From a virus (lineage: Duplodnaviria; Caudoviricetes), in the IMG/VR virus record IMGVR_UViG_3300031555_004728, positions 192,001-256,000 of that record: 64,000 bases of DNA, one strand, 5' to 3'. A model generated the notes under the pieces. It worked only from the letters and a program-made list of their open reading frames with translations. It was not told the origin of the DNA and ran no database searches. Of the stretch, positions 47,118 through 57,093 are shown one piece after another. The position numbers were made by a program, and so were the translations under genes. Position 1 is the first letter of the stretch, and every line of letters begins with the position of its first letter.

Positions 47118-48228
47118 AGTTTTGAATATCCTTTGGATGGTCTTTAGATTTATTTTTCTTTTCTTTAATTTTAAACCATAATTGCATAATAATAAATGCA
47201 ATACCTGCTAAAAATCCAAGTCCAAAATATCCAATGACAAAATATTTAAATAGGTCCCAAATACATTTAAGACAATATTTAAATCCTTTAACATATGTTA
47301 TTTTACCAAGCATAATAATGATTAGTATAATAGTAGTATATCCAACTAAATCCCATATAAACTTTTTAAATCTTTCATCATCTGAAAAGTATAAATCAAG
47401 TTTATATCTTAAGATTCGTCTTTTTGTCAATTCATTATAACCATATATATCGTATACAGTTATAGTTGTATTTTCATATGAATCAACTACATACATAGGA
47501 AGACCTGTTAAAGTATTTATTTTCTTAATAATAATAGCTTCTTCAAATGTCTTTCTTCCATTGATATTATGAACATAAACTTTATCACCTACTTCAAATT
47601 TAGGATGGGTGATAGTTTGTTTTCCTCTTACAGTAAAACTCTTATATTCTAAGTCAATATCAGATACAATATCATCTACAGCTTCAATCATTTCATCTTT
47701 TGAAACTATATCTGTATTAATGAAGTAATCAATATATGAAGATTGATAATCTCTGAAATAATCAAATTCTTCTCTTTCAGATTCAATTCTCTTTTTAAAT
47801 ACTTCTTCTTTTTCTTTTCGTTCTTTTCCTCTTTCAAATAAACTCTCTTCAGAACAGTCTACGAAAATTACATAGTAGAAAATATCTGAAATATCATTAT
47901 TTGCTAAGAAGTATCTGAAACCTTCTGGATTAATTATATATGTATAGAATTTATCAGATTTTAAATCTGTTGTCGTAGCACAATATTCATATCCAGTTTT
48001 ATCATTTTTAGTGTAAGCAATCATTTTACCATCATCTTTGATTTTTTGCATTCTCTCTTCACTAATAAAATTATGCTCAACACCATTAGTTTCGTTTGCT
48101 CTCATAGGTCTAGTAGTATATGATACAATTGGTTCATAGTCATATTCTTTTTTAAGAATTTTAGCTATTGTATCTTTACCACTTCTTGATTTACCTACTA
48201 TAAAAATTATTTTCTTTGAATTTTCCAT
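47116..48228 (-). CDS. guanylate kinase-like domain fused to an extra domain and two TM helices
   Basis: P-loop GKSRSGKDT; SYTTRPMRANETNGVEHNF. Confidence 0.75.
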   Translation of the reverse strand: MENSKKIIFIVGKSRSGKDTIAKILKKEYDYEPIVSYTTRPMRANETNGVEHNFISEERMQKIKDDGKMIAYTKNDKTGYEYCATTTDLKSDKFYTYIINPEGFRYFLANNDISDIFYYVIFVDCSEESLFERGKERKEKEEVFKKRIESEREEFDYFRDYQSSYIDYFINTDIVSKDEMIEAVDDIVSDIDLEYKSFTVRGKQTITHPKFEVGDKVYVHNINGRKTFEEAIIIKKINTLTGLPMYVVDSYENTTITVYDIYGYNELTKRRILRYKLDLYFSDDERFKKFIWDLVGYTTIILIIIMLGKITYVKGFKYCLKCIWDLFKYFVIGYFGLGFLAGIAFIIMQLWFKIKEKKNKSKDHPKDIQN

Positions 48229-48247
48229 TGGTACTTACTCCCCTTCT

Positions 48248-48643
48248 TTATTTAAATAATAAAATAATTGCTATAATAGCAATATATAATGCATTTGATA
48301 AGAAAAATAATTTTTTCCATAAAGATAATTTAATATCAAGCGTAATTATTTTTTCTTCAAAATATTTTTTCAATTCTTCTATTTTTGTTGTTGACCATTC
48401 TTCAAGTTTTCGATTTTCAAAATAGCAAGTATCCATAAATCCGTTAACAACAGTACTCAAAATATCTTTTTTCGTTTCAAATAATTTTGTTTTAAATTCT
48501 TCATGTATTTTTTGAAGTTGTTCTGTACTAGATATATACATATCTTCAAATTCTTTTCTCATTTTATTTGTATAATTATTTAGTTGAGTTGTTACTACAG
48601 GTTCAAATGTACCCATTTTCTTTTTTGCCATTTCATTCACCAT
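48248..48643 (-). CDS. hypothetical protein with C-terminal TM
   Basis: ORF with hydrophobic C-terminus. Confidence 0.6.
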   Translation of the reverse strand: MVNEMAKKKMGTFEPVVTTQLNNYTNKMRKEFEDMYISSTEQLQKIHEEFKTKLFETKKDILSTVVNGFMDTCYFENRKLEEWSTTKIEELKKYFEEKIITLDIKLSLWKKLFFLSNALYIAIIAIILLFK

Positions 48644-48809
48644 ATTTATTTACACAAGGGTTACTCTAATAAAGTAACTTCAATGTGAATTTTAAATAGA
48701 CCTTTCTATTTTTATTCGATAATTATCGGTCAAAAAATTAATGATAAATTTAATATCATTAATTTTACTTTTTCGTATGAAATGAAAAAGTTCCAATATT
48801 TAATTATCT

Positions 48810-49334
48810 TTAATCAGAAAAGTCATAATATGGAACCTTTTCATTAAAATCATTATCAAGAGATGAATAATAATTCATCTCATCTTTAAATCTTTTATAC
48901 ATTTCATCTCGTTCTTTATAAAGATCTGGAGATGATACAGATTCTAAAGCATCATTGATTGATTCTTGAAGAATTACTATAGTTTTTTGTATATGGTTTT
49001 TATCTTTTTCGTTTAAATTCCCGAATTCAAATAATCTCATTAATATTTCTATAGAATATTTGTAGTCATTTGTTTCCGTTGCAATATCCTCATTACCATA
49101 TTCATAATATAATGCAGGTATATAATTATGACCAAGTCTAACGAGATAATATTCATAATAATCAGGAATCTTTTTCAATACTTTGTTTTTACATTTGACA
49201 AGTTTAAATTTGTCAGTATTATCGTTTTTTACTAAAGCATGATAATATTTAGAAACAACTTTTTTCTTTTCATGATAACCTATAAGTTTATCTTCAGAAG
49301 TTTTTACAGATGTATCAATTACTGCATATACCAT
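48810..49334 (-). CDS. hypothetical protein
   Basis: ORF in operon. Confidence 0.65.
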   Translation of the reverse strand: MVYAVIDTSVKTSEDKLIGYHEKKKVVSKYYHALVKNDNTDKFKLVKCKNKVLKKIPDYYEYYLVRLGHNYIPALYYEYGNEDIATETNDYKYSIEILMRLFEFGNLNEKDKNHIQKTIVILQESINDALESVSSPDLYKERDEMYKRFKDEMNYYSSLDNDFNEKVPYYDFSD

Positions 49335-49345
49335 AATTTAATACC

Positions 49346-49795
49346 TTATGCAACTGAAGCACATAATTTGTATAAAGTATCAATTCGTTCTAATGCTTTA
49401 TTTGATATTTTTTCTTTAATTACATCTAAAGATAAAATAGAAACTATCAAAGCCATAAGTAATTTGCTGATAATAACCACAATTGGTTTTAAATCTTCAA
49501 AAATATTTTTAATAGTTTTAAAGATTTTATCACCTGTTATTTCATCAATAGCCCATAATCTTACTTTCTTATCTTTTGGCTCATAGAAATTGATTTTACC
49601 TTTTTTCATTTTCTTTTTTTGTTTCTTCTGTTTCTTCTTATCAGCTAAGTAAATTTTATATTGAATATCTTCAATATCTCCAATTATTTCTTGATATTGC
49701 TTATCAAGTTTTGAACTGAATTTACTATCAAATTTAAATTGACCTAAATCGTAGTTAAATTCAGATTTTTTATTTTTCTTCTTTTTCTTACTCAT
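49346..49795 (-). CDS. Lys-rich hypothetical protein
   Basis: AGGGAG RBS; TATATTAT motif upstream. Confidence 0.7.
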   Translation of the reverse strand: MSKKKKKNKKSEFNYDLGQFKFDSKFSSKLDKQYQEIIGDIEDIQYKIYLADKKKQKKQKKKMKKGKINFYEPKDKKVRLWAIDEITGDKIFKTIKNIFEDLKPIVVIISKLLMALIVSILSLDVIKEKISNKALERIDTLYKLCASVA

Positions 49796-49927
49796 TTTTT
49801 AAAACTCCCTTTCTATAGTTATTCTATAAATATAATATATTTCTATTTTTATATTTTGAGATAATCAAAAATAGAGTAATTCTTATTATAATTTACAATA
49901 GTTCTTTATTTTTAATTTCTGGTATTA

Positions 49928-50387
49928 GTTTCAAGTTATAAATCCGAGTCAAAAGAAAGTAAATATATAATAAAAAAGAACTAAATTAAAAATAAATTAA
50001 TAAAAATAGTAAAAAAGAATTAAAAGATAATAAAAAATAATAAAAAGAATTAAAGATAATAAAAAAAGATTAAAAAATTAAAAATAATAAAAAAGAATTA
50101 AAAAAATTAAATAAAAATTAAAAGATAATAAAAAATTAATAATAAAAATATTAAAGAGAAATAAAAAAATAAATAATAAAATTAAATAATAAAAATAAAA
50201 AAAAAATAAATAAAAAATAATAAAAAATAATAAGATAAACAAAATAAATAAAGGGGAGAAAGAAAAGAAAAATAAAGAAAATAAATAATAAAAAAAGAAA
50301 AAGAAAGAAGATAATAAAAAAGAACGACGACGAAGGAGGAGTTCTTTTTTATTATATTTTTTTTTGACCCGAATTATTACTTGAAAC
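49928..50387. repeat. A-rich low-complexity tract bounded by ~50-bp imperfect inverted repeats
   Basis: Arms 49928-49982 and 50340-50387; interior mostly A with AATAAAAA-type units. Confidence 0.8.
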
Positions 50388-50476
50388 AGTCATAAATATT
50401 GTTCTTAATATAAATAATAATTTATATAAAATCTACTAATAGAGCATAATAAACTCTATTAGTAGATTAATTTATT

Positions 50477-51775
50477 TTATTTCAAAACAGTGTCTATTAA
50501 TAATAGATTTGATTTAATAACAGACATAATTGTATATAACTCATTATCTATTAGGTATCCTTTTGATTCTAAAGTATCTAATACTTTAGTTAATTCATTT
50601 TTAGTACCTTTAATCATAAATTTAATATTTGATGATCTAGGAATTAAGTTATATACTTCAAGTTTTGAATAATGCATTTTTTGTTTTTGATTTTTAGATG
50701 ATTCTTCTATTGAGATTTCTTTAAGTATATTTAATCTATATTTATCTAATGCTTTTATAGCATCATTATAAATACTGGCAACTCCTGCTTTATCCCTAAT
50801 TTCAAATGGTAATTCATATTTAGTTTCAGTACCAACTATAGTCTTTAAGTCAGTCATATAGTAAACTACATTTGTGAATGATAAAAACTTAATTAACGTT
50901 TCCATTGTACCTGATATTGCAAAATGATAAATTAAATCATCATCTTTATTAATATTATAATTATAATGAGATGCTTCACTCTTCATATAACTAACATCAT
51001 ATACCAGTTCTTTAGAACTATTATAATTACACATTTTAATTTCTTTAATAGGATTTCTTATATGTGTACATACACATTTTACAGATGTATTTACTAACTT
51101 AAGAAATTCATCATCAAATCTAACATCTGTTAAAATATCTCTTGGTGCAAGAGTTTTATTTATATAAGAATAAAATTCTTGTACAAATAATTTTGCACAA
51201 TAATTTTCAAATTCTTTTGTTCCTTCTTCATAATACTCTCCTTTTACATTCTTTTTACGTAAAGTAAATTCTGGAAAAGCATTAAATAATGAAAGAATAT
51301 CAATCCCACTAAATCTTGCAATAGCATCGAATCTATATGAACCAATATCAAACATACCAAAATAATTAGGATCTTCTTTTCTAACACCTTGATTTGTTAT
51401 CAAATAATTATGATATGATAAAAGAGAATCTCTTAAAACTTCAATATCTTTCTTTCTCTTTTTATCTTCTTCATTCATAACTGATTTAGGAGGTATAGGT
51501 AATACAACATCTCCTGTTATTGGTTCTGGTGTTTTAAAGAATGCTGATGTATTTGATGAATCGAATATGATAGAAGAAGAACAAAAACTTTTTAAAAATA
51601 AAACTTCAATACCCTTTAAATTTGTAAGATAAAAACAAATTTCTACGTTTTCATAAAAAGAATTTGCTTTTTGACCAAAGGATAAATCTCTACTATTTTT
51701 ATAAGAATCAACTAGTCTATTAATACTATTAGAAGTAACTTTTACAATTCTCATATTTTTATTCCTCCGTATCAC
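50477..51775 (-). CDS. hypothetical protein, possibly degenerate tandem ThyX-like fold; true start probably 51754
   Basis: Weak resemblance only (YENVEICFYL; VYNLIPRSSNIKFMIKGTKNEL). Confidence 0.4.
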   Translation of the reverse strand: MIRRNKNMRIVKVTSNSINRLVDSYKNSRDLSFGQKANSFYENVEICFYLTNLKGIEVLFLKSFCSSSIIFDSSNTSAFFKTPEPITGDVVLPIPPKSVMNEEDKKRKKDIEVLRDSLLSYHNYLITNQGVRKEDPNYFGMFDIGSYRFDAIARFSGIDILSLFNAFPEFTLRKKNVKGEYYEEGTKEFENYCAKLFVQEFYSYINKTLAPRDILTDVRFDDEFLKLVNTSVKCVCTHIRNPIKEIKMCNYNSSKELVYDVSYMKSEASHYNYNINKDDDLIYHFAISGTMETLIKFLSFTNVVYYMTDLKTIVGTETKYELPFEIRDKAGVASIYNDAIKALDKYRLNILKEISIEESSKNQKQKMHYSKLEVYNLIPRSSNIKFMIKGTKNELTKVLDTLESKGYLIDNELYTIMSVIKSNLLLIDTVLK

Positions 51776-51908
51776 CTTTACTTAATTCTTCACATTCCAT
51801 GATACCATTTTTATATGACCAATTATTACAACCATTACACTCTTCTACACCTTCAGTAATAGCAGTAATAATTTCTTGTTTTGTTTTACATCCTCTTGGG
51901 CAATTCAT
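51759..51908 (-). CDS. small Cys-rich protein (49 aa)
   Basis: MNCPRGCKTK...ECNGCNNW...MECEEL; AAGGAG RBS; below the ORF-track cutoff. Confidence 0.55.
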   Translation of the reverse strand: MNCPRGCKTKQEIITAITEGVEECNGCNNWSYKNGIMECEELSKGDTEE

Positions 51909-52073
51909 GATTTTAATCTCCTTTCAAAATTTCCTTTATAATGAAGTTTTTTCATTATTTATTTAAAAAGTATAATAATATACATTAATTTAATACTGAT
52001 TTAATAAAAGATGCGAAGTCTCCTATACAAAAATATATAGAAGAGGAAAAATTGAATTCCTCTTCTATATATT

Positions 52074-52823
52074 TTATTTCACTTTTAAAATGACATCAAA
52101 ACTCTTTTTATAAATAGTTTTTGTTTGTGATACATATGTAGAAATAAGTTCATTAAACTTTTTAAGTTTATGATGAATTCTACCACAATTATCTTTTCTT
52201 TTATTTAATTCAGGATCATCACCAATTTTGTTATCATGACGAAAAGCATTAAAATCATTTAATTCATTTTCATCCTTCTTTATTTCCGAAAACATCTCTT
52301 CGAATAAATCAATAATATCATCCATATCATTAAAATATTTTAACATTTTACGACATTCAGATGTTGCTTTATATGTATTATATTCATCTTTAAATGAAAA
52401 TACATCTGTAGTTAATTTATATATATTTTTAAGAGTCTTCTCAACAGATTCAAATGTATTATTTAAATCTTCTCCTGAACTAAAAGACTTAGAAACAAAA
52501 GAAAGTAATTTCTCTCCACAAGATAAATTTGCCTCTATTAATTCTTTAATTAAATCTAATCTTGTAAGAGTAATTGTCTTTTTAGCTAAGTCATTATCAT
52601 TTTCACATTTTTTAAGTAATGACTCTAAATTAGAATCAATTTCTTTTAATTTTGTAACACCAATCTCTTCAATAAAGTTATCAAAATCTTCTGATATATT
52701 TTTAATATTCATTGAATATCCATTAATATTAACACTTTCAGTTACATCAAAAGTGTTAATATTTCTAAGTTCCGACATAATTTCTAGTAAATTTTCTTTA
52801 TTTAAAGACCAAATATTAGCCAT
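52074..52823 (-). CDS. hypothetical helical protein (possibly virion)
   Basis: Late-type promoter at 52860-52871. Confidence 0.65.
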   Translation of the reverse strand: MANIWSLNKENLLEIMSELRNINTFDVTESVNINGYSMNIKNISEDFDNFIEEIGVTKLKEIDSNLESLLKKCENDNDLAKKTITLTRLDLIKELIEANLSCGEKLLSFVSKSFSSGEDLNNTFESVEKTLKNIYKLTTDVFSFKDEYNTYKATSECRKMLKYFNDMDDIIDLFEEMFSEIKKDENELNDFNAFRHDNKIGDDPELNKRKDNCGRIHHKLKKFNELISTYVSQTKTIYKKSFDVILKVK

Positions 52824-52930
52824 TATAATTACCTACTTTCTAGACTTTTATTTTAATATTAGTAAAATGTTTTTTAGTATATGAAATGGTGATATATTAT
52901 TTTATTGAGTTTAAATAAGGGGGTTAATAT

Positions 52931-53128
52931 ATGGTAGCCGATCATTTTATATCAGCGATTGATAATTTGAATAATGTCTTATATATAGGTAAATATTCTT
53001 TAAAACATAAAGATACACATAAAAAAGATAAGAAACGAATCAAGAAACTTATAAAAGCTTTTAAAGATGAAAATTTAAAAGACTTTATAGATTTTGATTG
53101 CTTAGAGGAAGACATTTATGAAGACTAA
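52931..53128 (+). CDS. hypothetical protein
   Basis: First gene after the TATATTAT motif. Confidence 0.6.
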   Translation: MVADHFISAIDNLNNVLYIGKYSLKHKDTHKKDKKRIKKLIKAFKDENLKDFIDFDCLEEDIYED

Positions 53129-53720
53129 CTATAAGTATTGGATATTTTATGCGAATGAAACATACATAGATGAATTGACATGTCTCATTGATAAAGGTGA
53201 TCTAATTTATGCATATACAGATGATAAACAGATTGCAAATATATTTGAGATTTATCATGATATGTCTAAAATTAAAAAGAAACATGTAAATCTAACACGA
53301 TTTGAAGTGAATCAATTAGCAAGAGACCATCAAACTAAAATTATTAAAATGAGAAAATTCTTAACTAAAGATAAAGATGGTAAAAGAATGGAATTAAATA
53401 TTCCAGTTACTGTAATGGAAGAGCAACATATAGATTTACAAATAATAGCTACACTAAATAAACTTATATATCAAGTAGTAAAAACACCATGTCCGGTTAA
53501 AATCTTTAAAGAAGAGATAGTTAAGGAATTTGAAAAGATAAGGTTATTTTCAATTATAAATCATTCTAAATTAAATGAAGATTATATAAATATCGGTAAT
53601 GATTGTATTTTATTTAGTGATAATCTTAAAAAAGGAAGTAAAATATTTGCAGATGAATTATCAATTTATATTCATTTATTTGGAAATATTTTAAATTTGA
53701 ATATTGGAGGAGATATTTAA
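53118..53720 (+). CDS. paralog family member 1 (YAxT motif)
   Basis: IYAYTDDKQIANIFEIYHDM. Confidence 0.75.
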   Translation: MKTNYKYWIFYANETYIDELTCLIDKGDLIYAYTDDKQIANIFEIYHDMSKIKKKHVNLTRFEVNQLARDHQTKIIKMRKFLTKDKDGKRMELNIPVTVMEEQHIDLQIIATLNKLIYQVVKTPCPVKIFKEEIVKEFEKIRLFSIINHSKLNEDYINIGNDCILFSDNLKKGSKIFADELSIYIHLFGNILNLNIGGDI

Positions 53721-54421
53721 TGGAACTAAAAACAGTTGATTTAGTCTATTACCTTATATTCATTTCAGTATCACAAGAATTTAGAGATAAACATAAAGTT
53801 TTATCTAACGGATTTATTAACCTTCAATGGACATATTCATCTGAAAAAGATGAATATAATGCATTATATGCATATACTACAGATAAAAAGATTTTAAAAG
53901 AGTTTAAACGAACTCGTGATATGTCATTATTCACAATCTATAAATTAGGATTTAATGTATTGGAACAGGATAAAAATGCTGTAAATATAAATGAAAGTAT
54001 GAAATTGGATTATTTCCTATATAAATCTGGACCAAAAGGTGAAGAAACAGCAATATTATCAAATGAAAATGAACATGAAATATGTGAAACTTTACCACAT
54101 CTTATAGAAATGAATATAAAAAATCCATATTTACCAGATCCCCAATTAATTAATATTGATTTATTAAAGGTACTGGAAATGATTTCATATTCATTTCATT
54201 TTTATTCTTATGTGATTGAAGCACCATCTAATTTAGAAAATAACTTGGATAATTTTAATCCACAAGCTGAATTACTAGCAGAGAGATATGATGTATTTTG
54301 GAATAATTATAGATTTGCATATAATGGAAAATATATGAATGAATATAACCAAGAAGGAAGAAGTGTTACTGTAAATGAATTAATGGCATTTATAAATACA
54401 TTTGGTATGTTATTTAAATAG
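53720..54421 (+). CDS. paralog family member 2
   Basis: LYAYTTDKKILKEFKRTRDM. Confidence 0.75.
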   Translation: MELKTVDLVYYLIFISVSQEFRDKHKVLSNGFINLQWTYSSEKDEYNALYAYTTDKKILKEFKRTRDMSLFTIYKLGFNVLEQDKNAVNINESMKLDYFLYKSGPKGEETAILSNENEHEICETLPHLIEMNIKNPYLPDPQLINIDLLKVLEMISYSFHFYSYVIEAPSNLENNLDNFNPQAELLAERYDVFWNNYRFAYNGKYMNEYNQEGRSVTVNELMAFINTFGMLFK

Positions 54422-54435
54422 AAAGGATTGATATT

Positions 54436-55116
54436 GTGATAGTACATTCATTTTTCTTGAAATGTGATAAAATAGATAATCGGGAAGATTTTATATTTAT
54501 GGATGAGTATTCATATGTATTATCTGGTAAGAGTAAATATTCTATAGAACATCCAACTATTCAAAATGATGAAGGTTGTTCAAAAATACTTTATGCATTT
54601 ACAAATTCGAAAGAATTAAAAGATTTATTTATGCTTACCAGAAATATGGATTTATTTTCATATTATAAACTTAATATGGATAAAAAAGAATATAATGCTA
54701 TAAAGAAATCATATAATGATGTATTACTTTCGAAAAGAGATTTGAAAGATACAAATAGTAATAGAACTAAACTAGTTAATATTCCTATGGCTATTACTAA
54801 TTTTGAAATGGATAAAATTAATGATGAAATAATCATAGTTCAAAAATTAAGAGAGTTATTTGGGAGTGATAGTATATCATTACTTGAGTATAATTTACTT
54901 AGGGGTAAAACTAAAACACTTCTGAATTTAATTAAACTAAACGATGCTACAAATTTAGCTAGATATGGGAATTCTGGTGCTAATGATTCTGATGTAGAAT
55001 TTGCTTCAAATGATTATTATATAGCATTACAAGAGTTTTATGATAAAATGAAAATAAAGACATTTGAAGTATTTGTTGATTTGTTTAGTATTACGTTAAT
55101 GAGTAAGGGGGTATAA
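54436..55116 (+). CDS. paralog family member 3
   Basis: LYAFTNSKELKDLFMLTRNM. Confidence 0.75.
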   Translation: MIVHSFFLKCDKIDNREDFIFMDEYSYVLSGKSKYSIEHPTIQNDEGCSKILYAFTNSKELKDLFMLTRNMDLFSYYKLNMDKKEYNAIKKSYNDVLLSKRDLKDTNSNRTKLVNIPMAITNFEMDKINDEIIIVQKLRELFGSDSISLLEYNLLRGKTKTLLNLIKLNDATNLARYGNSGANDSDVEFASNDYYIALQEFYDKMKIKTFEVFVDLFSITLMSKGV

Positions 55117-55117
55117 A

Positions 55118-55783
55118 ATGAAAGTATGGTTATTTTATATAGCATCAAAAGAAATAGATAACCTTCCATTTGATAGTGAAAGCCGTGAGAAAAAAGAATT
55201 ATATGCTTTGACCAATTCAAAAAAATTAGCAAAAGGGTTTAAAGATACACGTAATATGGAAAAATTTGTTCTTCGAAAACATGAAATGGAAAAGAGTGAT
55301 TATAGTAGATTAGCAAATGATAATAGAGAGTGTGTATTAGAGTGGTCAAAAATAAAATCTAAAAAAGAAAATCCATATCCAGAAACAGCAAGTGAATCGT
55401 TTGGAAAATGTGTTGATGAATATACTTTTCCTATAACGTTTTTAGAAAAACAAAGTATGCTTGAAGCATGTGATACATTTTTCGAACACTGTAGTTTAAT
55501 ATTACCATCACCATATTTATTTAAATGGGATTTGAAATTATTTATGAAACGATTAGGGTTTGAATATATTTACAAACTCAAAAATTTCCCATTTATAGGA
55601 GGCGATAATATGCTTCCAGACTCAATTGATTTAAGTGGAGAGTTGATTGGTGAAAAGAAACAAGACCTCACATATGCAGAAAGAAGATTTTTACAAGAAG
55701 ATATGGATTTTAGTATGCCAGAAATTTGGGTAGATCAATTAGAAGTATTTTTACAATTATATCATCATTTAATGAATTTATAA
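55118..55783 (+). CDS. paralog family member 4
   Basis: LYALTNSKKLAKGFKDTRNM. Confidence 0.75.
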   Translation: MKVWLFYIASKEIDNLPFDSESREKKELYALTNSKKLAKGFKDTRNMEKFVLRKHEMEKSDYSRLANDNRECVLEWSKIKSKKENPYPETASESFGKCVDEYTFPITFLEKQSMLEACDTFFEHCSLILPSPYLFKWDLKLFMKRLGFEYIYKLKNFPFIGGDNMLPDSIDLSGELIGEKKQDLTYAERRFLQEDMDFSMPEIWVDQLEVFLQLYHHLMNL

Positions 55784-55854
55784 TTTGTTAAATGATGATA
55801 TATTATTTTTATGTAAAAAAGAATAAAATGATTCACATCATTTTAAAAAATTAA

Positions 55855-56604
55855 ATGTTAAAGGAGATTAAAACTATGAGTAACGTAAGTGCAATGTACT
55901 TAACAGAAGACATTAAAAGTCAAATGTCAGATCAAGAAATGACTGTATACGCAGCATTATCAAAAAGAAAAATCTATAGAGATAGATTACAAAAACTTTT
56001 AGATCCAGCAACAAAATTTGTTGGTACAAAAATTGGTAACCCTGCAGAAATTAATGGAATATCAGAAGAAGATTTCATTAATAAATGCAAATCAAATTAT
56101 GATAAAGCAGTGGCAGTTATTCATAACTTCCATGCGCTTAACGCAGCAATTACACAGAGTAATGCTAAAACTACTATTACAATTAATAATGAAAGTTTCA
56201 CAGTTGCAGAAGCAATTGTAAGATACGATCAGCTTAATGCTGAAATTTCATTCCTTAATAAGATCGCTGAAGATGTTGCAAAAGCAACAGCAACCATAAC
56301 AAGAGTCAACACAGACAAATTGTCAGATGAAGTTATCACAAAACATGTAAACAAAGTTATGGAATCACTATCAACAACACTTGCAACTGCAACAGATTCA
56401 GATACTGATGCAATTAATGTTATGATGGATAAAATTCGTACAGATTATATTACAAATAATACATGTACACTCATTGATCCATATGATCATACATCAAAGA
56501 TTGAAGATAAAATGGAAAAATTAAGAGAGTACATGGATCAGTTCAATGAAGCTCTTAATATTTGTAATATGAAGACAGTTATCACTGTTAAATTATTACC
56601 ATAA
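55855..56604 (+). CDS. DIP1984/DUF6847-like coiled-coil protein; true start probably 55876
   Basis: MTVYAAL..RK, SNAKTTITI...TVAEAI, IDP, LNICNMKTVI pattern. Confidence 0.55.
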   Translation: MLKEIKTMSNVSAMYLTEDIKSQMSDQEMTVYAALSKRKIYRDRLQKLLDPATKFVGTKIGNPAEINGISEEDFINKCKSNYDKAVAVIHNFHALNAAITQSNAKTTITINNESFTVAEAIVRYDQLNAEISFLNKIAEDVAKATATITRVNTDKLSDEVITKHVNKVMESLSTTLATATDSDTDAINVMMDKIRTDYITNNTCTLIDPYDHTSKIEDKMEKLREYMDQFNEALNICNMKTVITVKLLP

Positions 56605-56670
56605 TTTGGTTAATAATATACATATACCAATAAGTAGTTTTATGCTACTTATTTAAGTTTCATTTAAGTA

Positions 56671-57035
56671 TGGGCATGAAGTCCCCTTATGAGAATAAAT
56701 AATAAACAGGTTACAAGTTAATCTAATATTACATTTATACTCCCCTCAAAAAATTATTGAATCAAAAAGGCAAATCCAGCCAAACAAAACTTCATGCCCA
56801 AAAAAGAGTCCAGGATAATTAACATACCAATACTAATTCTGTTTATGAAAGAGTATTTCTCCTTAAGTCTGGTATACGATAACCCAAATATATCAGATAG
56901 TATAATATTTATTATTTATTATTTATGTCATATATATGATCTCATCTATAATTATTTTATATAGGTGTAATATGACCATATTTACACAAAATTCTAACAA
57001 GAGAAAATTGAAAACCTCATCCTGGATTCTTTTTT
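56671..57035 (+). ncRNA. candidate structured RNA / 3' UTR with two long-range stems
   Basis: TGGGCATGAAGT / ACTTCATGCCCA and AAAAAGAGTCCAGGAT / ATCCTGGATTCTTTTT. Confidence 0.5.
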
Positions 57036-57093
57036 GTATTTAATTGATTTGACATTTTGTTAATTTTAAGCATTAATAAGGTGGTGTAAATCA

